64,000 bases of DNA from Bacteroidota bacterium (GTDB taxonomy: Bacteria > Bacteroidota > Bacteroidia > Bacteroidales > VadinHA17), in NCBI GenBank assembly GCA_043800695.1, contig JAZDMU010000012.1, positions 13,883 through 77,882 of the forward strand, read 5' to 3'. A model generated the notes under the pieces. That model searched no databases, was not told where the DNA came from, and was given only the letters and a program-made list of their open reading frames with translations. Positions 38,335-48,541 of the stretch are shown here, piece by piece. How positions within the stretch are numbered: position 1 is the first letter of the stretch; each line of letters opens with the position of its first letter. The position numbers and the translations under genes were made by a program.

Positions 38335-40326
38335 ATGATTGAGAAAAATCCGGATGACTCTGTTCGTGAAGAACAATCCGGGGCTGATGAAAAGGCTGCC
38401 GGAACTGAGGAGACCACACACGCTGAAAAAGCAGAAGAAAAAGAAGACACAGAAAAAGAAGCAGGTAAAGAAGAGGAAAGTGCGGAGGGTGTCGTTAAAA
38501 AAGTCAGGCGAAGATCACGAAAAGCTAATGCAGCAGAGTCGGAAGCTGAAGATGTGAAGGGAGAGAACGTCCATAAGATGGACGATATTATTCTTCCTCT
38601 GGTTGACTATTCGGGATATTCAAAGAATGAACTGGTAGATACACTTGCCCTGATTATTGAAAACAGGCCCCCGGCTGAGATACGCGGCGATATTGACCGC
38701 ATCAAGGCATTCTTCTACAAGAAGCTTAAGCTGGAGTCTGATGAGAGGAAGGACAAATTCCTGTCAGAAGGCGGCAAGATAGAAGAATACCGCGCATGGG
38801 TAGATCCGTCTGAAGCAAGAGTTAAACACCTGCTGGAGAAATACCGGGAAAGGAAATCAGACTATAACCGGGTCCAGGAAACCGAGAAATTCGAGAATCT
38901 CAGGAAGAAATACGAGATAATTGACAAGATAAAAGAACTTGTCAACCGTGAGGAATCAATAAACAAAACATTTCACGAATTCCGTTTCCTTCAGAATGAG
39001 TGGCATACAATAGGCATAGTGCCTCAGAATTCGCTGAAAGACCTGTGGGAAAACTATCACCATCATGTTGAGATTTTCTATGATTATATAAAAATCAACA
39101 AGGAGCTAAGGGACCTTGATCTGAAAAAGAACCTTGAATCCAAGATCGTGCTGTGCGAAAAAGCCGAAGAGCTTCTTCTTGAACCCAATCCCGTAAATGC
39201 TTTCAGGGCTCTCCAGGATTACCATAACCAGTGGCGTGAAATAGGTCCTGTTCCCCCGGAATCGAAAAACGAGATATGGGAAAGGTTCAGGGAAGCAACT
39301 TCACAGATAAATAAAAGGCATCACGAATATTTTGAGAATCAAAAGGATGAACAGCGAAAGAACCTGGAAGCCAAGATTGCAATATGTGAGGAGGTTGAAG
39401 CGCTGAATGCACTTGAGATAAAGAACTTCAGGGATTTTGATCTGAAGGCTGAAAAAGTCGTTGCTCTTCAGAAGATGTGGAGAACAATAGGGTTTGCTCC
39501 AAAAAAACAGAATAACAGGGTTTATCAGAGATTCCGCGATGCCTGCGATAATTTTTTTGAAAAGAAAAGAACCTTCTATGCTGATAATAAGGAGGTTCAG
39601 CAGAATAACCTTCAGATGAAGATCGAACTTTGCGTCCAGGCTGAAGCGCTCCAGGAAAGCACCGACTGGAAAGCAGCATCAGATGCCCTTATCAGGCTTC
39701 AGAAAGAATGGAAGGAAGTAGGGCCTGTTCCGAGAAAACAATCGGAAAAATGCTGGAAACGATTCAGGAAAGCATGCGACCATTTCTTCAACAGGAAAAC
39801 CCAGTTCTTTGCCGAGCTTGATACTTCATATGAAGATAATCTTAAAGCCAAAACAGCAGTTATTGAGGAACTTGAGGGCTTTGAACCCGGTACCGATGTG
39901 CAGGCAGCCTTCGATCGTCTTAAAGAGCTTCAGAAGAAATGGACGGATATAGGATTCGTTCCTTTCAACATGAAGGATGAAATAACCAACCGCTACAGGA
40001 GCGCGCTAAACAATGAGTTTGATAAACTCAAGATAGGAGACGAGGATAAAAGCATCCTTAAATACAAAACAAAGCTCGATAGCCTGAAGACTAATCCAAA
40101 AGCCTCCAGAAAAGTCAGAAATGAACGCGACAAATTTGTCACCAAGATAAAACAGCTTGAAGGCGACATCGTATTGTGGGAAAATAATATTGGCTTTTTC
40201 GCAAAATCAAAGAACGCAGATACGATGATCCGTGAAGTGGAAGATAAGATCGATCAGGCAAAGAAGATGATAAAGACTCTTGAGGAAAAGGTCAAAATGA
40301 TCGATCAGTCGGGCCTCGATGAATGA
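38335..40326 (+). CDS. DUF349 domain-containing protein
   Basis: Repeated ~75-aa units containing W(R/K)E(I/V)GPVP / WRTIGFAP / WTDIGFVP, typical of DUF349. Acidic/Lys-rich low-complexity N-terminus. The first ATG is at 38335. Confidence 0.7.
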   Translation: MIEKNPDDSVREEQSGADEKAAGTEETTHAEKAEEKEDTEKEAGKEEESAEGVVKKVRRRSRKANAAESEAEDVKGENVHKMDDIILPLVDYSGYSKNELVDTLALIIENRPPAEIRGDIDRIKAFFYKKLKLESDERKDKFLSEGGKIEEYRAWVDPSEARVKHLLEKYRERKSDYNRVQETEKFENLRKKYEIIDKIKELVNREESINKTFHEFRFLQNEWHTIGIVPQNSLKDLWENYHHHVEIFYDYIKINKELRDLDLKKNLESKIVLCEKAEELLLEPNPVNAFRALQDYHNQWREIGPVPPESKNEIWERFREATSQINKRHHEYFENQKDEQRKNLEAKIAICEEVEALNALEIKNFRDFDLKAEKVVALQKMWRTIGFAPKKQNNRVYQRFRDACDNFFEKKRTFYADNKEVQQNNLQMKIELCVQAEALQESTDWKAASDALIRLQKEWKEVGPVPRKQSEKCWKRFRKACDHFFNRKTQFFAELDTSYEDNLKAKTAVIEELEGFEPGTDVQAAFDRLKELQKKWTDIGFVPFNMKDEITNRYRSALNNEFDKLKIGDEDKSILKYKTKLDSLKTNPKASRKVRNERDKFVTKIKQLEGDIVLWENNIGFFAKSKNADTMIREVEDKIDQAKKMIKTLEEKVKMIDQSGLDE

Positions 40327-40359
40327 TTTATATTCACTTTATATTAACCTCTTTTTAAA

Positions 40360-41961
40360 TTGAAAGACGTTAAATATGTTTTTATTACTGGCGGAGTAAC
40401 CTCTTCACTCGGTAAAGGGACTCTTTCTGCCTCGCTTGCAAAACTGCTGCAGGCAAGGGGATATTCAGTGACTATTCAAAAGCTTGATCCCTACATCAAT
40501 GTAGATCCCGGCACCCTGAACCCCTATGAACACGGCGAATGCTATGTTACTCTCGATGGAGCTGAGACAGACCTTGACCTCGGCCATTATGAGAGGTTCC
40601 TGAATGTGCCCACAGGAAAAGCAAATAACGTAACCACCGGACAGATTTATCAGACTGTTATTGAAAAAGAGCGCAAAGGCGATTACCTGGGGAAAACGGT
40701 TCAGATAATCCCCCATATTACCGACGAGATAAAACGAAGGATAAAACTGGTAAGTGCCGGAAAGAAATTTGAGATCGTGCTTACCGAGATCGGCGGCACT
40801 GTCGGCGATATAGAATCACTGCCTTATATTGAATCTGTCCGCCAGCTTAAATGGGAACTCGGAGCACAGAACTGCATTGTCATCCACCTTACTCTTGTGC
40901 CTTACCTCTCAACAACCGGAGAACTAAAAACCAAGCCTACACAGCATTCGGTAAAAATGCTCCTGGAGGAGGGTATCCAGCCCGATATCCTGGTGCTCAG
41001 GACCGACAGGAGCCTGAATGAGGGACTGAAACGCAAGGTTGCACTCTTCTGCAACGTGGAGGAGAAGGCTGTGGTCGAATCGGTCGATGTTTCAACGATT
41101 TATGAAGTGCCCCTTAAAATGCAGGAGGAAAAGCTCGATGAGATAGTTCTGTCCAAACTTGGCCTCTCCCTGCAGAAAGAACCGGATCTGGACGACTGGA
41201 AGGAATTTCTCCTGCATCTCAAAAATCCGAAGCACTCCGTCAGGATAGGCCTTGTTGGAAAATATGTTGAGCTGGCTGATGCATACAAATCAATTTGCGA
41301 AGCTTTCATACATGCCGGATCAACCAACGAATGCAAGGTCAATATTGACTTTATACAGTCGGAGGATATAAATGAAAATAACGCAGCCGATAGGTTCAGC
41401 AAGCTTGACGGAATACTTGTTGCCCCGGGTTTTGGAATAAGGGGTGTTGAAGGCAAGATAACTGCTGCGCGATATGCCCGTGAAAATAATGTACCTTACC
41501 TGGGTATCTGCCTCGGAATGCAATGTGCTGTAATTGAATTTGCAAGGCACGTGCTGAAACTCGAAGGTGCACATTCAACCGAGATGAACCATAAAACCAT
41601 CCACCCGGTGATTGACCTCATGGAGGAGCAGAAAAGCGTGGTCAATAAGGGCGGGACAATGAGGCTTGGCGGCTATAAGTGCTTAATCAGCAAAGACTCA
41701 AAAAGCTATGAGGCATACGGAAAAACCGAAATTGTGGAGAGACACCGCCACCGATATGAATTCAACGACAGATATGTGGATCTGTACAGGGAGCACGGGA
41801 TGGTGGCTGCAGGAACCAACCCTGAATCTGGCCTGGTGGAGATAATGGAACTAGCCGGACATAAATGGTTCGTGGGCGTTCAGTTCCACCCTGAATACAG
41901 TAGTACTGTTATCAACCCGCATCCTCTTTTTGTACAATTCATTAAAGCATGTATAAAATAA
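40360..41961 (+). CDS. pyrG: CTP synthase
   Basis: KYVFITGGVTSSLGKG N-terminus and the glutamine amidotransferase motif GICLGMQ. 533 aa. TTG start; no in-frame ATG is available. Confidence 0.95.
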   Translation: MKDVKYVFITGGVTSSLGKGTLSASLAKLLQARGYSVTIQKLDPYINVDPGTLNPYEHGECYVTLDGAETDLDLGHYERFLNVPTGKANNVTTGQIYQTVIEKERKGDYLGKTVQIIPHITDEIKRRIKLVSAGKKFEIVLTEIGGTVGDIESLPYIESVRQLKWELGAQNCIVIHLTLVPYLSTTGELKTKPTQHSVKMLLEEGIQPDILVLRTDRSLNEGLKRKVALFCNVEEKAVVESVDVSTIYEVPLKMQEEKLDEIVLSKLGLSLQKEPDLDDWKEFLLHLKNPKHSVRIGLVGKYVELADAYKSICEAFIHAGSTNECKVNIDFIQSEDINENNAADRFSKLDGILVAPGFGIRGVEGKITAARYARENNVPYLGICLGMQCAVIEFARHVLKLEGAHSTEMNHKTIHPVIDLMEEQKSVVNKGGTMRLGGYKCLISKDSKSYEAYGKTEIVERHRHRYEFNDRYVDLYREHGMVAAGTNPESGLVEIMELAGHKWFVGVQFHPEYSSTVINPHPLFVQFIKACIK

Positions 41962-41976
41962 GCATAGTTAACGAGA

Positions 41977-43954
41977 ATGATGGATAAAAATACCATAATA
42001 GGCATTATACTGATCATTGCGATCTTCATCGGATCAAGCATGATAAATAGTGCCCGTCTGAAAAAGGGATATGAGAAAGCAGTCGCTGCAGCTGAAGCTG
42101 AAGTGGAAGATGGCAACCTTGAAAGGGCTAGGACCCAATATGTCAATGCCCTCAGGTTCAAGCCAAATCACCCGGATGTGCTGAAAAAACTGAATGAACT
42201 AAATTTAGAGCTCGGTATTACAACTGCAGAGACCCCAGAGGATACATCAGCTGTAAGCGAGGAAACAAAACAGGCAGTTCCTGCCGTTCCTGTTCCTTCA
42301 GCTACTCTTACTGACGGACTTGAATACGGTCCTTTTTAGTGAGGCTGCAGCAGGAGAAGAAGGCTTCATAACACTCGAGAACGATAAAGTTGAGCTGAAG
42401 ATCTCTTTCAGGGGCGGCAGGGTATTTTCTGCCCGCCTGAAGGAATATTCTACTCACGATTCATTACCGCTGATACTATTCTCAGGCGACTCAACAAATT
42501 TCGGATTTAACTTTTTCACATCTGACAATAAGGCAATTACAACAAATAATCTTTATTTCAAGTCAGCTTCGGATGCGCGTTACTTTAATGCTGAGTCAGA
42601 GCAGCAAAGCGTGGTACTGAGGCTTCCGGCCGGCGACGACAGGTATATCGAATATAAGTATACCCTGGCACCTGAAAAGTACAGCGTTGACTTTGATGTC
42701 AAATTCAGAAACCTGACCGGGATTTTGCCGGCAAATCAGAACAGCATCACGCTCGACTGGAGAATGTTTATTCCTCAGCAGGAAAAGGGAAGGCAGAATG
42801 AAGAGAATTACACTACTATCAGATATAAATATTACCAGGATGAGGTTGATGGTATGAGGCTTCGCTCAAATAAGGAGGTTGAGGAGATTGATCTTACCAC
42901 AAAGCTCAGCTGGGTTGCTTTTGTCGATCAGTTCTTCTCTTCTGTCCTTATCACAGATGACTTCTTCCTGAACGGCTATGTGACTTCAACCAAGACGCCA
43001 ACGTCAGAAAAGTATATCCGTTATTATACTGCCGAGGTGGGTGTTCCTTTTACCCCCGGACCGGAAACGGATATCGGAATGAAATTGTATTTTGGTCCCA
43101 ACCATATTTCCACTCTCAGGAAAGAAGGGATGGAACTCGATCAGATAATTTCCCTTGGTAAGAACATAATAGGATGGATTAACCGCTTTGTGATCATTCC
43201 GGTCTTCAACTGGCTTGAAAGATTTATCGGAAACTATGGGATTATAATTCTTATTCTGACCATTCTTATTAAGGTCGTTCTGTTCCCGCTTACGTTCAAA
43301 TCATATCAGTCGCAGGCTAAAATGTCGGTATTAAAGCCGCTAGTTGATGAACTGGGTAAAAAGTACCCCAGGAAGGACGATGCAATGAAAAAACAGCAGG
43401 CGACCATGGACCTGTACAAAAGAGCAGGGATAAACCCCATGGGAGGATGCCTTCCTACACTTCTGCAGTTCCCGATCCTGTTCGCAATGTTCAGGTTCTT
43501 CCCCGTATCAATCGAACTCCGGCAGGAACATTTCCTCTGGGCAACCGACCTGTCCGCCTATGATTCGATACTTCAGCTGCCCTTTACGATACCAATGTAT
43601 GGCGATCACGTCAGCCTCTTTACTCTCCTGATGACAGCCTCATCGCTTTTAACAATGAAGATGTCGGGTTCAACGGCCGGATCTGATCAGCCCGGGATGA
43701 AGATCATGATGTGGATGATGCCGATAATGTTCATGTTCATGCTGAATCAGTGGTCGTCAGGCCTTACATATTATTATTTCCTGGCTAACATGATAACCTG
43801 GCTGCAGAACATAATATCAAAGAGGTTCATAAACCATGAAAAAGTACTGGCCACTCTTGAGGAAAACCGGAAAAAGCCGGTGAAGAAGTCTAAATGGCAG
43901 CAGCGACTCGAGGAAGCTGCTAAAGCCAGGGGTGTTAATCCTCCGAGGAGATAG
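41977..43954 (+). pseudogene. yidC: Membrane protein insertase YidC, interrupted by a one-base frameshift in a T5 run
   Basis: ORF 41977-42339 (MMDKNTIIGIILIIAIFIG..., the YidC N-terminal anchor) and ORF 42320-43954 (periplasmic domain plus the 60-kDa insertase core) are consecutive parts of one protein. Removing one T from 42333-42337 reads ...LEYGPFSEAAAGEEGFITLEN. pyrG-yidC adjacency supports the call. Confidence 0.8.
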
Positions 43955-44051
43955 TATCGGTATTCAGGATATTCCTTTTTGTTAAAAAATATTAATTTCA
44001 GGAGCGCAAATAGAAAATAATATATATTGCGCTTCTCTATATTAAGGGGAA

Positions 44052-45086
44052 ATGGGAAAAAAATTTAAGAACAAGGATTTAGCTGCTAAATTAGGAGTAT
44101 CCGGTACTCTTGTGTCGCTCGTTTTGAATAACAAGGCTGATCAGCACGGAATAAGAAAAGACACCCAGGAAAAGGTTCTTGCTCTGGCGAAACAGATGGG
44201 CTATTTTGCTTCTCTTGAAGAGAGCAGCGCTGTTTCACCGGTTGAAGAGAAGCCGGGGGTTATCGGAATGATAGTGCCGTCATTGAGCGACCCTTTCGTT
44301 GCAGGCATCACTCCTTACCTGCAGAAAGCTTTTGCAAGCATAGGCGTAGGTTTCTCAATAATCACCAGGGACCCCGATGATCAGCGGTTTGACAGGCTTG
44401 CAGCTGCTTTCAGAAAATTTTTCAGCGGGATGATTCTTGTTGGTGACGCAGCCGACGATGTGACGGTACGCAACCTCCGTTCAACAGATTATCCATTTAT
44501 CCTGCTCGAGAAGATATCAAAAACATTAAGGTTAAACACTATATGCACTGATTATGATGCCGGAGCCAGGATGGTTGTTAACCATATTTCTAAACTGGAC
44601 TACCAGAATGTAATTCTTGTTGCTGATAAAAAATCATTGAGAGCCGACAGGAGCAGCTTTGAAGCCATGGAAGATGCCCTGGCTCAGGTTCAGAATATAA
44701 ATAAACCGGCCTTACTGGAGATCGATATTGCATATAATGGCAGTGATACTGATCTTACTCAACTTGAAAAATTCCTCAGACCGCCCTACAGGGCTGATGT
44801 GATCATTTCAATGCACTCTTCACTTGTTTATCCGCTTATGGCTCATATTAACAGGAGAAAACTGCGGGTTCCGCAGGATATTGCCATTATCTCCATGGAG
44901 GACGGGATAGGATTTGACCTCATGCTTTCGCCGGTTACGAGCCTCAGAAAACCACTGCCGGGGATGGCAATAAAAGTGGCTAACATGATCTGGTCGGAAG
45001 TGAAGAACTCCGGGAAGGGTAAGTTCAAACGCCAGGTCAATATCACTCCGGAACTCGTGGTAAGGAGTTCATGTGGAACGATATAG
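44052..45086 (+). CDS. LacI-family transcriptional regulator
   Basis: N-terminal HTH DLAAKLGVSGTLVSLVLNNK and a periplasmic-binding-protein-like effector domain. Confidence 0.8.
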   Translation: MGKKFKNKDLAAKLGVSGTLVSLVLNNKADQHGIRKDTQEKVLALAKQMGYFASLEESSAVSPVEEKPGVIGMIVPSLSDPFVAGITPYLQKAFASIGVGFSIITRDPDDQRFDRLAAAFRKFFSGMILVGDAADDVTVRNLRSTDYPFILLEKISKTLRLNTICTDYDAGARMVVNHISKLDYQNVILVADKKSLRADRSSFEAMEDALAQVQNINKPALLEIDIAYNGSDTDLTQLEKFLRPPYRADVIISMHSSLVYPLMAHINRRKLRVPQDIAIISMEDGIGFDLMLSPVTSLRKPLPGMAIKVANMIWSEVKNSGKGKFKRQVNITPELVVRSSCGTI

Positions 45087-45214
45087 GAATCGGAGAACAA
45101 TACTGAAAACAAATCCCATTCAAAAAGGGAAATAAACACGCAACCCGCAACTTGTTAATATCTCTTCCACTTATCGACCTCTGTTTATTCGATAATTACT
45201 CTATCTTTGAACTG

Positions 45215-45412
45215 TTATGGTGTTGCACTGAATTAAAATCAGTGTGATGAAAAGGGAATGCGGTGTGAATCCGCAACAGTACCCGCTGCTGTGATGCCCG
45301 ATCGTTCTAACGATGATGGTCTTGTGATAACCTGCCACTGTTCCGGGCACCCGGGATGGGAAGGCTTCACAGGGCCGGGACAAGTCAGAAGACCTGCCAG
45401 ACAAACCATATT
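45215..45412 (+). promoter_or_regulatory. Cobalamin (AdoCbl) riboswitch
   Basis: AAAGGGAAtgcGGTGtGAAtCCgcaaCAGtaCCCGCTGCTGT (45250-45292), GCCACTG (45333-45339) and the B12 box AGTCAGAAGACCTGCC (45383-45398). It lies upstream of a TonB-dependent receptor. Confidence 0.88.
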
Positions 45413-45507
45413 CAAGGCTTTCGGGAAGTAAGGCTCAGTGTCACAGTTGATTCAATTCCTGTCCTGCTGAAATCCCTGAATACGGCTGAAAGTTAAGACA
45501 GAGTTGA

Positions 45508-47457
45508 ATGATCAGGCTTAAAGACTACAGCTGCTTAATGAAAAACCTGCTGATCGCAGGTCTCCTGTTATTGACATTTCCTTCTCTTTGTCAGCCTCTG
45601 ATCATTAATGATACCATCAGGATAAAGGAGGTGGTGATCAGCAGCAGACCAGTCACTTCCGACCTTCCCGGTTTCACAAGTGCAGACCTTGATGCAATTT
45701 TGCTGGAAAAGATTGGGGCCGCCTCTCTTTCTGATCTTCTGACAATAAGCTCCCGGCTCTTTATTAAGAGCTATGGATCAGGAGGAGCTGCCACCTCTTC
45801 CATACGGGGTACGGGAGCCTCACACACCACGGTATCATGGAACGGGATCAATATCAGCAATCCGATGCTTGGACAAACCGACTTCTCCCTGATCAATGCG
45901 GGCATGATCGATAATGTAAGGATAAGCATGGGGGGATCTTCGGCCGCAACCGGGAACGGAGCCATTGGCGGAATGATAAACCTTGAAAACAGGCCTGATT
46001 GGCAAAATGGAACCATACTGACTATTAATCCCGGAGCAGGAAGCTTTGGAAGGTTCTTCACCATTGCCGGCCTGCAGACCGGTAACAGCCGAATGCAAGC
46101 TGTAACCAGGGCAAGCTATGATATTGCTGAAAATAACTACCCTTACCTGAATGCCGTAACATCCGCAGAGCCTGTGATGGAAAGCAGGATTAACAGCCAG
46201 TTTACACGGAAGAACTTTCTGCAGGAGATATATATGAAAGATGACAGGGATATGTTTTCTGCCCGCATCTGGTATCAGTCAGCTGACAGGAATCTTCCCG
46301 GCTCAATACTTATCCAGTCAGGCACTGAAGGTGAAAAACAGTATGACGAATCATTGCGGAGCATGTTCAGCTATGACTCTGACAAGGGAGTGACCGGATA
46401 TTTTATTAAAGGCGCCTGGATATTCAACAGGCTTGATTACTCAAACCCGCAGGCTTCAATCGAATCGGTGAACTGTTCAAATTCATTTGTGCTTAAGGGA
46501 GGATTTGAACGGAAAATACTTAAAGGCACAACGCTCAGGGCATTTATAAATGAAGAGCTGAATCTTGTCAGATCAAATAATTACGGTCAGAATGCCTCAG
46601 CCAGTAACACTTCTCTTACCGTTGTCGCAGAACGCAAGGCAGGCAACAGGCTGGGTGCATCATTGCTTATCAGGGAAACGCTGGATAACGCGAAGCTACT
46701 AATCCCTGATTTTTCACTAGGTATTGAGTTCAGAGCATTTCCGGGAGAAGATCATTTCCTCCGTTCGGGCATTTCCAGGACTTCCAGGATCCCTTCGATG
46801 AATGACCGCTGGTGGTACCCTGGCGGGAACGATGAGCTTAGGAATGAATATGAATATACTATCGATCTTGGATACAAAATTTTTCAGGAATTTTCATCCT
46901 CATTAAAGTTTAAGGCTGAAACAGGATTCTTCAGAAACATAATAAAAGATATGATACAATGGCATCCGGGAGAATATTCATACTGGACCGCAGATAACCT
47001 GAGCAAAATAAACACATCCGGGTTTGAGTCTTCGCTTTCACTGGCATACAGCTTTCATACTTTAAAGATTGTTGCTAATGCAGGCTATACGTATTCCCGG
47101 GCTGTGTCAGCAGGAGAAGATACAGGACCTTCAGCCGGGAACCAGCTTATGTATATTCCTGAACACCAGGCTGAAGGAACGGTATATGCAGAATCCGGAA
47201 ACTTTTACTCCCTGTGGATCAGTTCTTTCACCGGGCGCAGGTATATTACAACAGATAATTCCGGCTACCTGCCCGGATACAGCATCAGCAGCATAGTATG
47301 CGGCGCAAGGCTGCCGTTTAAGGATAATCAGTTTGACCTTAATTTCAGAATCGATAACATTTTTAATGAGAGATACGAGTCAATAGCCTACTATCCCCAG
47401 CCGGGACGCTCATTTCATGTTTCACTAATATACAAACTAAACAAAATCAAAAAATGA
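45508..47457 (+). CDS. btuB: TonB-dependent outer membrane receptor, cobalamin-type
   Basis: Signal peptide (an alternative start MKNLLIAGLLLLTFPSLCQ lies at 45538), a plug domain (IRGTGASHTTVSWNGINISNP) and a beta-barrel. The riboswitch lies directly upstream. Confidence 0.75.
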   Translation: MIRLKDYSCLMKNLLIAGLLLLTFPSLCQPLIINDTIRIKEVVISSRPVTSDLPGFTSADLDAILLEKIGAASLSDLLTISSRLFIKSYGSGGAATSSIRGTGASHTTVSWNGINISNPMLGQTDFSLINAGMIDNVRISMGGSSAATGNGAIGGMINLENRPDWQNGTILTINPGAGSFGRFFTIAGLQTGNSRMQAVTRASYDIAENNYPYLNAVTSAEPVMESRINSQFTRKNFLQEIYMKDDRDMFSARIWYQSADRNLPGSILIQSGTEGEKQYDESLRSMFSYDSDKGVTGYFIKGAWIFNRLDYSNPQASIESVNCSNSFVLKGGFERKILKGTTLRAFINEELNLVRSNNYGQNASASNTSLTVVAERKAGNRLGASLLIRETLDNAKLLIPDFSLGIEFRAFPGEDHFLRSGISRTSRIPSMNDRWWYPGGNDELRNEYEYTIDLGYKIFQEFSSSLKFKAETGFFRNIIKDMIQWHPGEYSYWTADNLSKINTSGFESSLSLAYSFHTLKIVANAGYTYSRAVSAGEDTGPSAGNQLMYIPEHQAEGTVYAESGNFYSLWISSFTGRRYITTDNSGYLPGYSISSIVCGARLPFKDNQFDLNFRIDNIFNERYESIAYYPQPGRSFHVSLIYKLNKIKK

Positions 47458-48518
47458 AACGAATATTTTTCCTGCTGATACTTGTTTTGCCGGCAGTTTC
47501 ATGTGAAAGGATAACAAATGATCCCCGGACCGAAGACCCTGAAGAATCATTAATTGCGGGTGACGGAGTGTTTATAGTGAACGAAGGGAATTTTACCTGG
47601 GGAAACGGAACAATATCCTATTTCTCGTACGATTCAGTAAAAATCTATAATGACATTTTTTCTATAGTCAACGAACGGCCTCTGGGCGATGTCCCAAACT
47701 CGATGTCAATCTATAACGAATATGCTTACATTGTAGTTAACAATTCAGGGAAAGTTGAAGTGGTGAAAAGAAACTCCCTTGAATCGGTAACCACGATTAC
47801 CGGCCTCAAATCGCCAAGGAATATGGTTGTCATTAACAACCTGAAAGCCTATGTTTCAAGTCTGTACTCCGATTCGCTCACAATTATCGACCTTAAAACA
47901 AATTCTGTCTCCGGTTATATCAATATCCGCAGAACCTCTGAAGCCATTGCTGTGACAGGCAATAAGGCCTTTGTGTCAAACTGGTACGGAGGCGATGAGA
48001 TAATGGTGATTAATACAGAAACTGACGAAGTTATCGATTCCGTGAAAGTGGGCAGGGAACCTGAAAGCATGGTTATAGACAAGAAATATATACTATGGGT
48101 ATTGTGTAACGGCGGATGGTCAAGGGAGAATTATGCTGAACTGGTCGGCATCAGCACACAGACTCACGGGATCACGAAAAGACATATCTTCAGCTCAATA
48201 CTGGATTCTCCTTCCGGACTGAATATTAACGGCCGCGGCGACACGCTTTTCTTTCTTGAGGAGGGCATAAGGAGAATGGACATTGAAGCAGTGGACATTC
48301 CTTCAGAACCATTTATTGAAGAAAAAGAGCATTTGTTTTACAAGCTCGGTGTAAATCCGGTCAATGGCGACATTTTTGTGACCGATGCCGTCGATTACCA
48401 GCAGAGAGGTAAAATTAATATCTATAACAACAAGGGCGACTCCTTAATATCTTACCAGGCGGGAATAATTCCCGGTTCAATGTGCTTTAAGGTCCAGCCA
48501 GATACTGTAATAGAGTGA
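47454..48518 (+). CDS. Surface lipoprotein with YVTN/YncE-like beta-propeller repeats (BtuG-like by position)
   Basis: Lipobox LPAVSC. Repeated ~40-aa units (YIVVNNSGKVEVV, AYVSSLYSDSLTIIDL, AFVSNWYGGDEIMVIN). The 4-nt ATGA overlap with btuB indicates coupling. Confidence 0.5.
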   Translation: MKRIFFLLILVLPAVSCERITNDPRTEDPEESLIAGDGVFIVNEGNFTWGNGTISYFSYDSVKIYNDIFSIVNERPLGDVPNSMSIYNEYAYIVVNNSGKVEVVKRNSLESVTTITGLKSPRNMVVINNLKAYVSSLYSDSLTIIDLKTNSVSGYINIRRTSEAIAVTGNKAFVSNWYGGDEIMVINTETDEVIDSVKVGREPESMVIDKKYILWVLCNGGWSRENYAELVGISTQTHGITKRHIFSSILDSPSGLNINGRGDTLFFLEEGIRRMDIEAVDIPSEPFIEEKEHLFYKLGVNPVNGDIFVTDAVDYQQRGKINIYNNKGDSLISYQAGIIPGSMCFKVQPDTVIE

Positions 48519-48541
48519 AAGAGATTAACGACACCATTCTT

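Noticed and set aside
38339-38557. The alternative-frame ORF (72 aa, Lys-rich) and minus-strand ORFs over the 5' end of the DUF349 gene.
   Set aside because: They are a by-product of the GAA/AAG-rich low-complexity region that encodes the acidic/Lys-rich N-terminus of the DUF349 protein.
43955-44051. The inverted repeat AGCGCAA...TTGCGCT upstream of the LacI-family gene, considered as a possible operator.
   Set aside because: It has only 7 bp arms with an 18-nt AT-rich spacer. It is too weak and atypical for a LacI-type operator to call without comparative data.
45201-45404. A 67-aa minus-strand ORF upstream of btuB.
   Set aside because: It lies entirely inside the cobalamin riboswitch, including the conserved core and B12 box. 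It is a structural-RNA artefact.
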